A stretch of DNA of 63,174 bases, filler included, from Craspedostauros australis (Eukaryota), in the NCBI GenBank assembly GCA_030167865.1. It is 12 parts of 12 records of this genome, joined end to end, with 100 filler letters (N's around TTAATTAATTAA, not from the genome) between each part and the next. Parts side by side here need not be neighbours in the genome. Positions count along the whole stretch, not along the records: positions 36,999 to 40,079 come from JALAGF010005757.1; positions 40,180 to 44,493 come from JALAGF010005758.1; positions 44,594 to 48,294 come from JALAGF010005759.1; positions 48,395 to 50,391 come from JALAGF010005760.1; 8 more parts are not named here. The stretch is one strand, 5' to 3'. Shown here piece by piece: positions 37,801-50,491 of this stretch. The first letter of the stretch is position 1. Every line of letters starts with the position of its first letter. The notes below the pieces were generated by a model. The model saw only the letters and a program-made list of their open reading frames with translations. It was not told the DNA's origin and ran no database searches. The position numbers were made by a program, and so were the translations under genes.

Positions 37801-40179
37801 GAGATGCAGATGCAGCAGATGTATTGTCATCTGCACTTCTATCAATGGTTGATTGCAACAGAGATGGGCTGGCAAACTTGGGTGGGCTGCTTGCTGATGC
37901 TTGATCCGAACAGAGCTGGACTGGCACTGAATGAAGGATCTCTCCTGGCTGAGGCAAAGTGCCTTGCCATTGATGATTGATCCATGTGGCGAATAGTTGG
38001 CTTGATCCATGTTGAGCAGTTGCATTCGATGCTCCTGTTGCTCGACCTGGAGGAAAGTGCTGTGCATCGTTGGCTCATGGAATCGGTGTGGTCAGATGGA
38101 GAAGTCTGCTGGGGTGGATTTGATGAGCTGTTGTAGGAAGACCACACATCCCTGTTGACACTACCTCATAGATTGGTGGGGCTGTTGGGTGGACCACTCT
38201 CCAAGAAATCACAGTAGGTGGGCATTGGTGGCAGATGTGCTGTTTGAGATTTGCTGTCATTGTTCATTGGAGACATGAGAGACTCGTGGACGAATACAAC
38301 GTATGGGCAACCGATGCCATACGCAAGTATGCTCTCTGCTTGGAATTGTGGAGGATTGGAAGCAGGATGCAATTTGGGTGTTGCTGTTGCTTTTTTGTGG
38401 GGGCTGGAAGATCGAGGGTGTAGTGGTGGCTTGGGTGTGTGTTTTGGAGATGGCACCTTGGTAGTATGGGTGCGGTGATCGTGCGAGTATGATGATTTAT
38501 GTGAGTGCGATGAAATTGTGAGCTCCATGATTGTTTGAGTTTGCGGAAGGTGCAATGTCACAAAGCCAAGACAAAATGAAGATGAACATCACAAGTGATG
38601 ATGTTGCCACACCCATGCATGCTTGAAGGAAGGAGGTGATGAAGATGTGAAGGACATGAGAGGAGATGACAACCTTGGAAGAGGAAAGCAAGGAATCGCT
38701 GAAAGTGAAGTACAACAGCAGTTTCAGCAAGTGTGATGTGGAAAACGGATTTGACGTTGCCAGCCTCACAGTTTGAGCCTTGCCGAACAGTTTCACTTCA
38801 ATCCCATGGTGCAGAATTAATTCACAAGTACTTCAGGCTTGATTAGCGATAAGATGGCAGTAAGAAACATTAAACTTAAACATATTCATTGGAAAGCTGT
38901 GCTCAACAGCTTTCGAAAGATGTAAAGAAAGTGGTATTGTTCACAGATGTTGTTGTCAAATATGAAAAGAACTGAAACTGAAAACAAGAAACGATGTATT
39001 ATATATCGTCAAGGTCATGAACGGATAGGATGGCCTCATCCTCACTTCAGGTCGATTCCCTGCCCACGTGTTTGGACCTCCTCTCTGCTAGTCGTCGCCA
39101 ACAGCCAGCATTGGCTTCTGTCTGTTGTTCATCTGTTCTCCTCTTGGCTTTTTGTTTCAGTGTCAATGAACCTGCACGCACTCAAATCACAACACAAGAA
39201 GCAACACGGAAAACAACACTTCCACCACCTGTCTCTTTCTGTGCCATGCCAACAGCTCAGTAGATGACCATGTTGTCTCATTTCCATGGGAAGCAAAGCA
39301 GGTTTCGCAGGACTTTGTTTTTACAAACAATGCTATAACAAGTGTTAAATCAAATTCTATTTTGCAGACCAAAGGAGAAGTCACTGTGCTCCATTTCACC
39401 ATATCGTATTATAATGTATAATATTATGTTGTGTAGTATTCGCAAGTGTTGCTATTGTCGTGGACGTGGAAGTGGACGTGTAGGGACGCAACCACCATCG
39501 CCGTGCTCCATGGCACAACACGAACAAAGGAGGCAACCCCTCACCAAGCCAAATCCAAAACGATGCGAGGAATCAACGCGGCGCCGAATCTGCCACAACA
39601 TCGCCATCCACACCGCTCGAAACCATTGCAGTCTGACATCGACCGTCAATGACGTCATCATTTTCGTCCACGACGAGGACAAGTCAGCCAGGTATTTGTG
39701 TCGTAGAAGCTAGCTAAATATATCTAAGCCTATGCGACAAGACGCTACACCGTGTGCTAATAAAGTAATGTTATCCGATAAAAAATCGGCAGGATCGTAC
39801 GATCGTACCCTGAATGGGGTCCTATACGATGAACTAAGCCACAATGGATGATATCAGGATATAAGGGACTGATCATTGCATGTGAGGAACACATCGGTCG
39901 GTACCACATTGTTTTGTGATCAATTCCACCGCGTGTTAACACGCGCTTGTCAGGAATCGGGTGTTGTGAAACACCGAATTGCCGCACCTCCCAAGAATGT
40001 GGAGTTGAGCATCGTGGAATACTACACTACCGCACCTCCCAATAACCCAAGAGTCAGGAGTCGAATGTCATGAAATGCTNNNNNNNNNNNNNNNNNNNNN
40101 NNNNNNNNNNNNNNNNNNNNNNNTTAATTAATTAANNNNNNNNNNNNNNNNNNNNNNNNNNNNNNNNNNNNNNNNNNNN

Positions 40180-43100
40180 GCGGAGTGTGTCGGCCAGAGA
40201 CTCGTGGAATCGAGCACCAGATGTGCGCAGTCCATAGAGTGCTTTCACAATGATCATCATGTGTCCAGCAAACTCTTGGAATTCAGGGCCAGCTACGAAA
40301 CAGATCTTCTCTTTTGTGTATGCTTCTAGATAGGCATTACCGATATCACCCACCATGGGCTTGAAGTTGTTGAGTTCTGCTGCCAGCAGTGCAATCCTGA
40401 ATGATCTTAGGTTGACTACTCCAGCATACGCCATATCCTTGCATGGGTCTGTCAAGTGGCCTCCTGCTACGCATCTTGCCTTGTGTCGAAGGTCGTGTTT
40501 CACATCGTACACCCAGAGGAGCTTGATCTGCTTGTATCCATCTGGTTTCCGAGCGTTCTTGCCGAGATCCTTGAACGTGCCATACTCGTGGAGCTGTTCC
40601 ATTTCCTTTCTCTCAGCGTCTACCCACTTGGAGTTGCCATTCTTCTCATCAAGCTGGCGGGCTTCTTTTCCGTTCCGTGGAACTTGAACACCAAACTTGA
40701 AGATAGGACCTTGTGCACGGGTCTTGCGTTTACCAGCATTGATGAGACGATTGAGTTTCTTCTTTCTCTTTGCTAGTTTACGAAATCGTTTCCAGCCAGG
40801 CAGACCGAGTAGGTTGTTATCTGCGGCGTACTTTGCACATGAGACAGGATCATCCTTGGCTATCACATCGAGCGGTTCCATCGTCACACTGCCATCCTCC
40901 CATTGTACCTTCACGTTGTAGGAGGAGCCGTTGTACTTGCTGTGACTGGAGTGGAATGGGCCTTCGTGTCCGGTGATGGCTTTGAAAACGCACATCTCCC
41001 CATCGCCAATCTCTTGTTCGTGCTGCTGTTCGATGATGTCAGCTAGATCCGTGTACGCGATGAGCTCTTCGGTGTCATCGTCGCCGTATGCGATGAGCAT
41101 CTTGATGTTGTCATGGTTGGCTGCGTCTCCGTCCTTGATCTTGCGGATCACTCGAGCTCTCCACTTGAGNNNNNNNNNNNNNNNNNNNNNNNNNNNNNNN
41201 NNNNNNNNNNNNNNNNNNNNNNNNNNNNNNNNNNNNNNNNNNGGATCTGATTCTCCATGTGATGTGGCTACCAGGTCAGATAGTGCATGCACAACGGGTT
41301 GTCTAGCTTTAGGTGTGCTGTCACTGTCGAAATCATCTGGATTTATGGTTTCGCTAGCTTCGTCACCCACGTCACCCTCCTCCCCAGAAGCAAGCAGGGG
41401 GTAGTCCGCCCAAAGGTTTCGCGCGTCATCAGACACACGTCGGATGCTTGAGCGTGGCAACAGCCGTTGCGTTGCGTCATCCAGTACCCAGAACGTCAGT
41501 TCATCACCCTTGTGCTCGCACGGTCCAGCCCAGCGTCCACGCCGTTCCTGCGTGGTGCCAGGGAAGGCAGCATTCCCAACCTTGTAGTACACCGGCTCCC
41601 ACCAGTGGAACTTGAGGTACTTACTCACGTCGGGACGTTGGCCAGTAGCGGCTTGGATGGGCGTGATGTGACCGGCCGTGGACTGGGACAGATGGTTGAA
41701 CAGCCCCACGACGTACAGAGTGCAGATGAGCCAGAACCTGGCAGGAGTGCCAGTTCTGTCCATGATGCCGTTGGTGGTGCGCTTCAAATCCTGGATGCGT
41801 CGCTCGACAGGATTCTGATGTTGGTGGTGTGGCTCGGACTGGTGGTCTGCAATGCAGTACTGCCGGAGGATGTCCTTCATCTTGCCTCCGAGTTGTGCTG
41901 TGGCGTTGTCAGACATCAACACGTCCATGGCACCANNNNNNNNNNNNNNNNNNNNNNNNNNNNNNNNNNNNNNNNNNNNNNNNNNTTGAGGTACTTACTC
42001 ACGTCGGGACGTTGGCCAGTAGCGGCTTGGATGGGCGTGATGTGACCGGCCGTGGACTGGGACAGATGGTTGAACAGCCCCACGACGTACAGAGTGCAGA
42101 TGAGCCAGAACCTGGCAGGAGTGCCAGTTCTGTCCATGATGCCGTTGGTGGTGCGCTTCAAATCCTGGATGCGTCGCTCGACAGGATTCTGATGTTGGTG
42201 GTGTGGCTCGGACTGGTGGTCTGCAATGCAGTACTGCCGGAGGANNNNNNNNNNNNNNNNNNNNNNNNNNNNNNNNNNNNNNNNNGACATCAACACGTCC
42301 ATGGCACCATGCTCCCGAATGAAGTCTTGCACAACATGGGGAACATGGGATTCGCTTGCCAGAGGGTACGCCGCCGTGAGGCGCGTGTTGGATCCTACAA
42401 ACACCTGCACCATGGTACACCCACCGTGTCCAGGGACTCCGTCATGATGAGCAGGCGTGTCAGAGAACAACGTGTCCATGGAAACAACATCGTGAAGTCG
42501 GCTGACATTGGCTGCGGGGAATCTAGACTTATAGTGTTTACGCATGGGATAACGCTCAGACATGCGGTACCACTGGGTAGTACATGCAAGAGTGTCACGC
42601 ACGCGGTCTGCTGGAATCCACCCGAAGTACGGTCGAAGCGCATGGAAGTTGGGCGCTTTACCCACGATGTTGCGTGGTCCGGCCGTGGTTGCCTTCTCCC
42701 CATCCCCGAGCGTCGCAGCGGATTGAACGTACTGAACGCACTTGGAGATGGTGATGTCGATGTCGCTGTCTTCGTCTTCTCCGCGTCCGGTTGCGGGAAT
42801 GTTGTCCAGATCAGCCTCCCCGTCCAGGACAGATGGGTCCCATTCTTGGTCGGAAGTGAAGAACACGTGTGGCAGATCGTCTAGCTCCGCTTGAGTGGGC
42901 TTGTGCATGTCCATGTATGCGAGGCCTTGACGCACGGTGAGTGGGATGATGAATCCGTCCGGCGTGACGATGGTTTGCCGACCGCCAGGGAGGTTCTTGG
43001 GTCGCTCATTGACATCCAATCCAAACGCTGCGAGTTGATTGGCAGAATGGATGGTGCGTCCTCTCCCGTAGTTGGCGTACTGATGGAACCAACCNATCAC

Positions 43101-43600
43101 CGGTCCTNAGGTGGTCTGGATGACAGCAGTGGCCGTGACCAGCGCCAGATCCTTGATCTCTGCGTCACCGATTCCGGAAACATCAGCACGGTTGGACGTG
43201 GACTCCATCACCAGCATGTCATCTCCAATGAGACCGCCGTTCGCACCTCCATCCACCAATGCGCCTTGCACAGTCACGTTCGTGTTGTTGAACTTGTACG
43301 ATACGTTCGCGTGAGACAGGGTGTAGGTGCGACCGTCAATGACGAGGGTAGCCGGCGGGCTCCCGGACGCGCTAGACATGGCATTGGAAAGCATACGGTT
43401 GATTGCTGTTCCNNNNNNNNNNNNNNNNNNNNNNNNNNNNNNNNNNNNNNNNNNNNNNNNNNNNNNNNNNNNNNNNNNNNNNNNNNNTGTGGATCCACTG
43501 CGGTTGGTGTTGTTGGCGGAACGCCTAGGCTTGTCCTTCTTACCACGTCCAGACTTGGCTCGCCGGGCTTGGAAGATGATGAGGGGTATGAGACCACTCG
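40180..43600 (-). mobile_element. pol: CoDi-I-like Copia (family B) pol: PR, IN, chromo-like module, RT
   Basis: LVDGGANGG; SMDT...SDNA...QNPVERRIQ; YNVKVQWEDGSVTMEP; KARCVAGGH, DIGNAYL, KALYGLRTSG. Copia domain order (IN before RT). Confidence 0.93.
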
Positions 43601-44593
43601 AAAGATGACTACCACACTACCGGCGACAGGAGGACCCAACATTCACACAGAAGGGTCAACATTCAACAGAGATATCGCAGGCATGACGATTGACACCACT
43701 CATGAAAAGATGAGCCTGGGTGACTTCATCACTGCGAACCAAGCATTGAACTACAGACAGAACGAAGAGAGGGATCCGAACAAGCAAATGTCGCAATGAT
43801 GCTGGATCCAACCACAATTGACAAATGACGGGGTCATGTGGATCCCGAGCAGAGCAATGAATGGCGGGAGGCCATGATGGTACGGTTCAGTGATATAGCC
43901 ATGGCATGAGCATGGCAGATGATCAAGAAGAACTGGATGCCGAATGATCGGCGAGATACGACAAGCACAGATATGAGATCGATGTGCGATAAGAATGAGA
44001 TCGATGAGAGAGAGAGAGACTCGAATCTGGAAAGGATACAGCTATGAGAGCGTGAGCCATGAACGGCGGATTCCAGATACAGTGAGCCAAGACGCATCGA
44101 TATACGATCAATGAGAGAGACGCGGGCATGTCGGATGAAGAATCGAATGACAGAGCCGGAAGGGAGGAACCTCAGATGAATGGAGGATGAAAGGCAGGAG
44201 GCCACCAACAACTCCCACGACGAAGAAGCTGCAGCATGATGAATCGATGCTATCCAGAAGAGGATGAAGGCGATCGACAACGCGGTTGCAAGGCAACACG
44301 ACGACAGAGCTGGCAGCTGACCACAATATACCAATGCCCAACAAGGGTGACGAACGAAGCATCAGAATCAGGAGATGACGATGGCTGCGCAACTGCACAG
44401 GAGACGATCACCGCTCCAGTGGCAACAGACGGACCCAACTTCGAACAAGGCGGGTCAATCATCAACAAGGACGTCGCAGGCATGAGGATCGATNNNNNNN
44501 NNNNNNNNNNNNNNNNNNNNNNNNNNNNNNNNNNNNNTTAATTAATTAANNNNNNNNNNNNNNNNNNNNNNNNNNNNNNNNNNNNNNNNNNNN

Positions 44594-47500
44594 TCTCGGG
44601 GCACCCTCATTGCTGGGTGGCTAATACTGCCAGACGAAAGTGGGAGTGCTGCCGTAGCAGACAAGTGTGAGACTGGGTCGAAATCCGGTGATCGCAACGC
44701 GCCCACGAAGGCGTGTTGTGCAAGGTNNNNNNNNNNNNNNNNNNNNNNNNNNNNNNNNNNNNNNNNNNNNNNNNNNNNNNNNNNNNNNNNNNNNNNNNNN
44801 NNNNNNNNNNNNNNNNNNNNNNNNNNNNNNNNNNNNNNNNNNNNNNNNNNNNNNNNNNNNNNNNNNNNGTTGAGCTACAGGCGATGCGATTGCTGATCCG
44901 AACACAAGTGAAATTTATAGATAGTGGGGGCTACGGGAGTAACGTACTTAGCGCTATTCAGTTTTGTGCTGATACCTTGGGTGGGGAGCAAGTCATCTTG
45001 CCCTCGCGCAGCGTCTTCTGTATCTTCTTTATCTCCGGTTCTGCTGCTGCGATCTGCGTCGTCGGTCTCCATACCTTTGATGGTCTCCGATCGTCGCTCC
45101 CAAGCTGCTCTCGTTTGTCGAGTGTTCGTACCCGATGTAGAGTCGTCATCTTCCAGATCTATCAGTATTGATCTGTTGGCATTCTCGATACCTCTGAATT
45201 GCCCATATGACTGATTCATCCATGTCACGTCTCTNGTGATTAGGATCTTAGTTGTTGCGAGGTTCAGCATTCGATATACTCCTTTCGCGTGTGACTGGCC
45301 GTATCCGACGAACATAGCTGGTCTTGATCTGTCATCCAGCTTCGCCTTTACCGTGCGGCCTCCGATGTACACCATGCCTATTTCCCCAGAAACGCGCAGT
45401 CCATCCACGTAAGTGGGGATCCGGTTGTTGAATAGAACGCATGCTGGTTCTCTCGTTTTCGTCCCGATGATATTCTCCAATTGGGTAGCNNNNNNNNNNN
45501 NNNNNNNNNNNNNNNNNNNNNNNNNNNNNNNNNNNNNNNNNNNNNNNNNNNNNNNNNNNNNNNNNNNNNNNNNNNNCGTGGCGAATTTTCTTTCCACGCG
45601 ACCGTTCTGTTGCGGCGTAGATGCTGCAGTGTACTCGAACGTTGGACCGAACCCTGCGACGAGCAGTTGCTTCTCCGCGGTATAATTTTCTCCTGCGTTG
45701 TCACATCTGATAATTTTCACTCGTGTTTGCTGATTGGCATGGAGCCATTTAAGCAACAGAATCATTTTTGTTCCAACCTCACTCTTCTCCTTCAGGAAAT
45801 AGCTCCAACAGTAGTCATTGTAATCATCGAGGACTAGGAGCCAATACTTTCCTTGTCCGTAGCTGTGCGTCTGGACACTCGATGTGTCAATGAACAGTCG
45901 ATNNNNNNNNNNNNNNNNNNNNNNNNNNNNNNNNNNNNNNNNNNNNNNNNNNNNNNNNNNNNNNNTTTGCCAATGGCACAGTCCACACATGCATGCAATT
46001 TGCCTGTGACATTCCACCCGTATCGTCCCGCTGTGCGAGAGATCGTGTACGTGTCAACATGGCCTAACATTTTATGGATTTGGTTGACGTCCACCGCGGT
46101 CTGGGTGGACACGCCAACATTGGCTTGATCGTGAGGGTGAGGGGCGGTGATCATGTTAACGCCGCTCACGAAGCCGCTGTGGGTAGCCATAAGTCGGTCA
46201 AACGTAATGCGTTGTCCGCGCTTCTCCAGGCTCATCACAACACCGTGGTTGCTGATGTTGAAGCCGCTCTCAAGCGCTTTGTTGATGCTGAGGAGGTTCA
46301 CCCANNNNTTGGGCACGAACTTCACGTGCTTGAGGAGGATGGTTGCGGTGGTACCGTTTTTCTGCATTACCACCATGCGCTTGTCGCCCACCTTTGTTGC
46401 CTTGATGTAGCGACCGCTGCCTATCTTGATGGAGTGGTCGGCTACGCGTACGTTGGTCATCCCCTCGTCGTTGTTGGTCAGGTGGCATGAGGCACCTGAG
46501 TCGCCCAACCAAGTGTTTGCCTCATGGCGGTCCGGGGCGAGCGTGATGCGGCGTTCTTCGACGCCGTCGATGTCACCGATCACCATTGCCATGTCTGGTT
46601 GCGGGTTTCTCTCGCTGNNNNNNNNNNNNNNNNNNNNNNNNNNNNNNNNNNNNNNNNNNNNNNNNNNTGTCTGGTTGCGGGTTTCTCTCGCTGTAGATGG
46701 GGAGTTCAGGGAACGCATTTGGGCTGCGGACTCCGTAGTGGCCTGGGTGGTTCTTCCACATGACTTGGAGTGCTCCACGCGAGGCCAGGCTCCCGATGAG
46801 TCCATGGTGGATGGCTGGCAACTGCTCCTTCTCCAGCCTTTTGTTGATGAACGGCATGTTCTTCATGACGTTGAATGGAGTCATCATCCCGATTTCGCGT
46901 AGGAGGAAGTAGAGGGTGCGAGCATCCGCGCAAGTGCGTCTGTCTCTCGAGTTGTACTCCTCCACTGTGTCGAGGCACAGCAGGGCAAGCTCGGAGCGCA
47001 CATTGTCAGCCGGCATGGCGTTGCTCAATGAGTATCGCACTGCGAGTGCGAGGGACTCCTCCTTTGCGAGCATTGCGCGGCGTTGATCGCGCTCTTCGTG
47101 GGTTGTCGGCTTCACCACGTCCATTCCGTCCGGTAGATCGATGAGGAATGGCTGGGCTGGACAATCGACGCAGTACGAGTAGATGTACCCTTGTTTGAAG
47201 CACAGTGGGCACNNNNNNNNNNNNNNNNNNNNNNNNNNNNNNNNNNNNNNNNNNNNNNNNNNACCTTTGTTGCCTTGATGTAGCGACCGCTGCCGATCTT
47301 GATGGAGTGGTCGGCCACGCGCACGTTGGTCATCCCCTCGTCGTTGCTGGTCAGGTGGCACGAGGCACCTGAGTCGCCCAACCAAGTGTTTGCCTCATGG
47401 CGGTCTGGGGCGAGCGTGATGCGGCGTTCTTCGACGCCGTCGATGTCNNNNNNNNNNNNNNNNNNNNNNNNNNNNNNNNNNNNNNNNNNNNNNNNNNNNN

Positions 47501-48294
47501 NNNNNNNNNNNNNNNNNNNNNNNNNNNNNNNNNNNNGGCCTGGGTGGTACTTCCACATGACTTGGAGTGCTCCACGCGAGGCCAGGCTCCCGATGAGTCC
47601 ATGGTGGATGGCTGGCAGCTGTTCTTTCTCCAGCCTTTCGTTGATGAACGGCATGTTCTTCATGACGTTGAACGGAGTCATCATCCCGATTTCGCGTAGG
47701 AGGAAGTAGAGGGTGCGAGCATCCGCGCAAGTGCGTCTGTCTCTCAAGTTGTACTCCTCCACTGTGTCGAGGCACAGCAGGGCAAGCTCGGAGCGCACAC
47801 TGTCAGCCGACATGGCGTTGCTCAATGAGTATCGCACTGCGAGTGCGAGGGACTCCTCCTTTGCGAGCATTGCGCGGCGTTCATCGCGCTCTTCGTGGGT
47901 TGTCGGTTTCACCACGTCCATTCCCTCCGGTAGATCGATGAGGAATGGCTGGGCTGGACAATCGACGCAGTACGAGTAGATGTACCCTTGTTTGAAGCAC
48001 AGTGGGCACGATGCCCATCCTTGGTACATTGCGCGCCCTGCTGCTTGGATCGTCTTCTCGATGGGAGACCTGTTGGTGGAGAGCGAGAAGACAGGCTCTC
48101 TGCAGATGTCTTCCGCTCCGATCACCATTGCCACTTCGTTGGTAGTTTCCTCTTCGGTGCTGACGAGGTCTTCATCGTAGATGACCTCGTCGAAGAACCC
48201 GTCGTCTTCAGTGGACTCGTCGTCGGACGGGAAGAGTTCGCGGTTGATGCGCTCGGCGGCGACCGCTGGTGGTCCGTAGTGACCATACACCCCT
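44594..48294 (-). mobile_element. gag-pol: Ty1/Copia family C gag-pol fragment (gag C-region, PR, IN)
   Basis: WLGDSGASCH; IHKMLGH...CVDC; FIDTS, RCDNAGEN, PQQNGRVERK; MFVGY. Related to but distinct from family A. Confidence 0.93.
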
Positions 48295-49567
48295 NNNNNN
48301 NNNNNNNNNNNNNNNNNNNNNNNNNNNNNNNNNNNNNNTTAATTAATTAANNNNNNNNNNNNNNNNNNNNNNNNNNNNNNNNNNNNNNNNNNNNAGCATG
48401 TCACGCCAAGAACCCAAGCCATGCCAACAAACAATCCCCAACAACAAATAGACTCCAACACAACAGTCTCCCACCCTCATACTCAGCCATGCCAGACTTG
48501 GCATTCAACAAACACCCATCCATCTATTCATCCCTGCCACGCCATGCCATGCCAATGCGCCTCTAGAGATAGATAGTATCAACACCTGGGGGATGCTCCA
48601 TCCTGTCTCACATCACACCAAACAAAGATTGTCCCAGCTGTAGTGGACAACCTGATGGGATCCGTCACACATTTCCTCACTGTAGCAAAGCAACAGAGTT
48701 GTCATTCATTGCAGAACCTCCTGACTGTCGCAGATGTGCGGAGCACCGAGTCATGGACTTGGCATGCTATGCTTACATCACTGATCGTTTCAGCAATGAC
48801 ACCATCATCCTTTGCAACAATCGAAGTGGGCATGCATGGTGTATACATTGTTCCTTTGCTCTGTCTTTGCCATCTCATCAGACCACACATTGCCAATGCA
48901 AAAACAGCAGGCAAAGCATCCAGCGAAGCATCTGCCAGACACCAATGTACAATGAATTTGTCAGCAACATTCAACATGCAGACTGCATCCTGTATTCTGA
49001 AACAACTCGCCAATCAGAACACAGCATGTGGCAGGAGCTGAAACATCTGCCAACGATCAACAATGAGTGGGCAGCTCCAGACAGCAGCTGGAGAGCTTCT
49101 GATCACACCCAACAACTTCACACATGGCTGAGCATCGATCAGAGTATTCTGCCACCACCAACTATCAATGCATCAGCTGTGATCCTTGCCAGATGTCATT
49201 TGGCAAGCAGTAGTGAATTGGCAGTGATGATTTACAAGAGAGAGAGAGNNNNNNNNNNNNNNNNNNNNNNNNNNNNNNNNNNNNNNNNNNNNNNNNNNAG
49301 AGGGAGGAGCATCCAGCACACCACTTGACCCAACCAGAGAATCCACAGTTTACCCAACCAAGAGATTCCAGAAAAGCATATCTAGAAGAGAGCTGGGCAT
49401 GCAGCCACAAACAACAAATCCATGGAAAGGATCCAGGAGAAAGCAACCAGCAGCAGGCAAGGCATCGAGCATTGAACATCGAACCTACTGCAAAGCAATC
49501 AGCAATCAGCAACAACCAACAAGCTACAAATCTGCAACACCAGAGTATCCAGAGAACAGAGCACACA

Positions 49568-50371
49568 TATTGGCAAGTTCCGTGGACGGATAACTTGCGA
49601 TCTTGGAAGACGGTGTTGGTTGATAGTTGTTTTGTTTGCTATTTCATTCCTTGAGCACTCCGATCCTCTTTGTGTCTCTGTTCTCTTGCCCAATGCTCTT
49701 GGCGCATCTCTCTGTTTCGTAGATTCAGTCTCCGACTATGAGTCAGTACGCGAGATGCTCCCTTGCTCTTCTCTGTATTCTCTCTCTCAATATCGTGTAC
49801 TCGTGCTACACGATACTTCGCGTTCGATGCGTACTCCGCATTCGACACTCCATTCGTTCACTACTAACTTCTACTCCACGAGTGCTTGCCACTTGAACTC
49901 CTCTTCATGTATCCATGATCTCCATGCCCTTCGGTCATCAAATCTTCACCTTCTGCTTCTGACATGGAGACAGATGTTGACGTGGTGACACAATGACATC
50001 CTGTCTATGTCAGCTGTCGTCTTCCTGTTCCTCCAGATGTCACGTTCCATTGGTGATGCGGTGGTCTGTCAGATGATATCATCATCTGGGGCTTAGTTGG
50101 GAGGTACATCGAGCTTCGCTCGATACCATACGTTTCCATTGATGAATGGACGGACGATGTTCCTGATTCTCTCAGAAATCGTTGATTGCAAATTTCCTCG
50201 AGAAAATCTGCTCATTTTCGTGTGTTCCATTTCCACTGTGATTCTGACAAATCACAGTATACAATTGACACGAATGTAGTTGTACCGTCTGTACATGAAT
50301 AAGAGAATAACAGGTGAACGATGCACATATACACGTACATCTTGACATATACACGCATGTACATCTCGACA
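49568..50371 (+). repeat. LTR-like repeat family L4, copy 2 (804 bp)
   Basis: Inverted, diverged homolog of 20518-21312; TATTGG...TCGACA; no TSD seen. Confidence 0.85.
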
Positions 50372-50491
50372 CAGCTGGATGCTTGAGGTTGNNNNNNNNN
50401 NNNNNNNNNNNNNNNNNNNNNNNNNNNNNNNNNNNTTAATTAATTAANNNNNNNNNNNNNNNNNNNNNNNNNNNNNNNNNNNNNNNNNNNN

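Noticed and set aside
43600..44493. Gene with an internal repeat (GPN..GS..N.D.AGM.ID twice)
   Set aside because: Interrupted by stops; probably TE debris that cannot be assigned.
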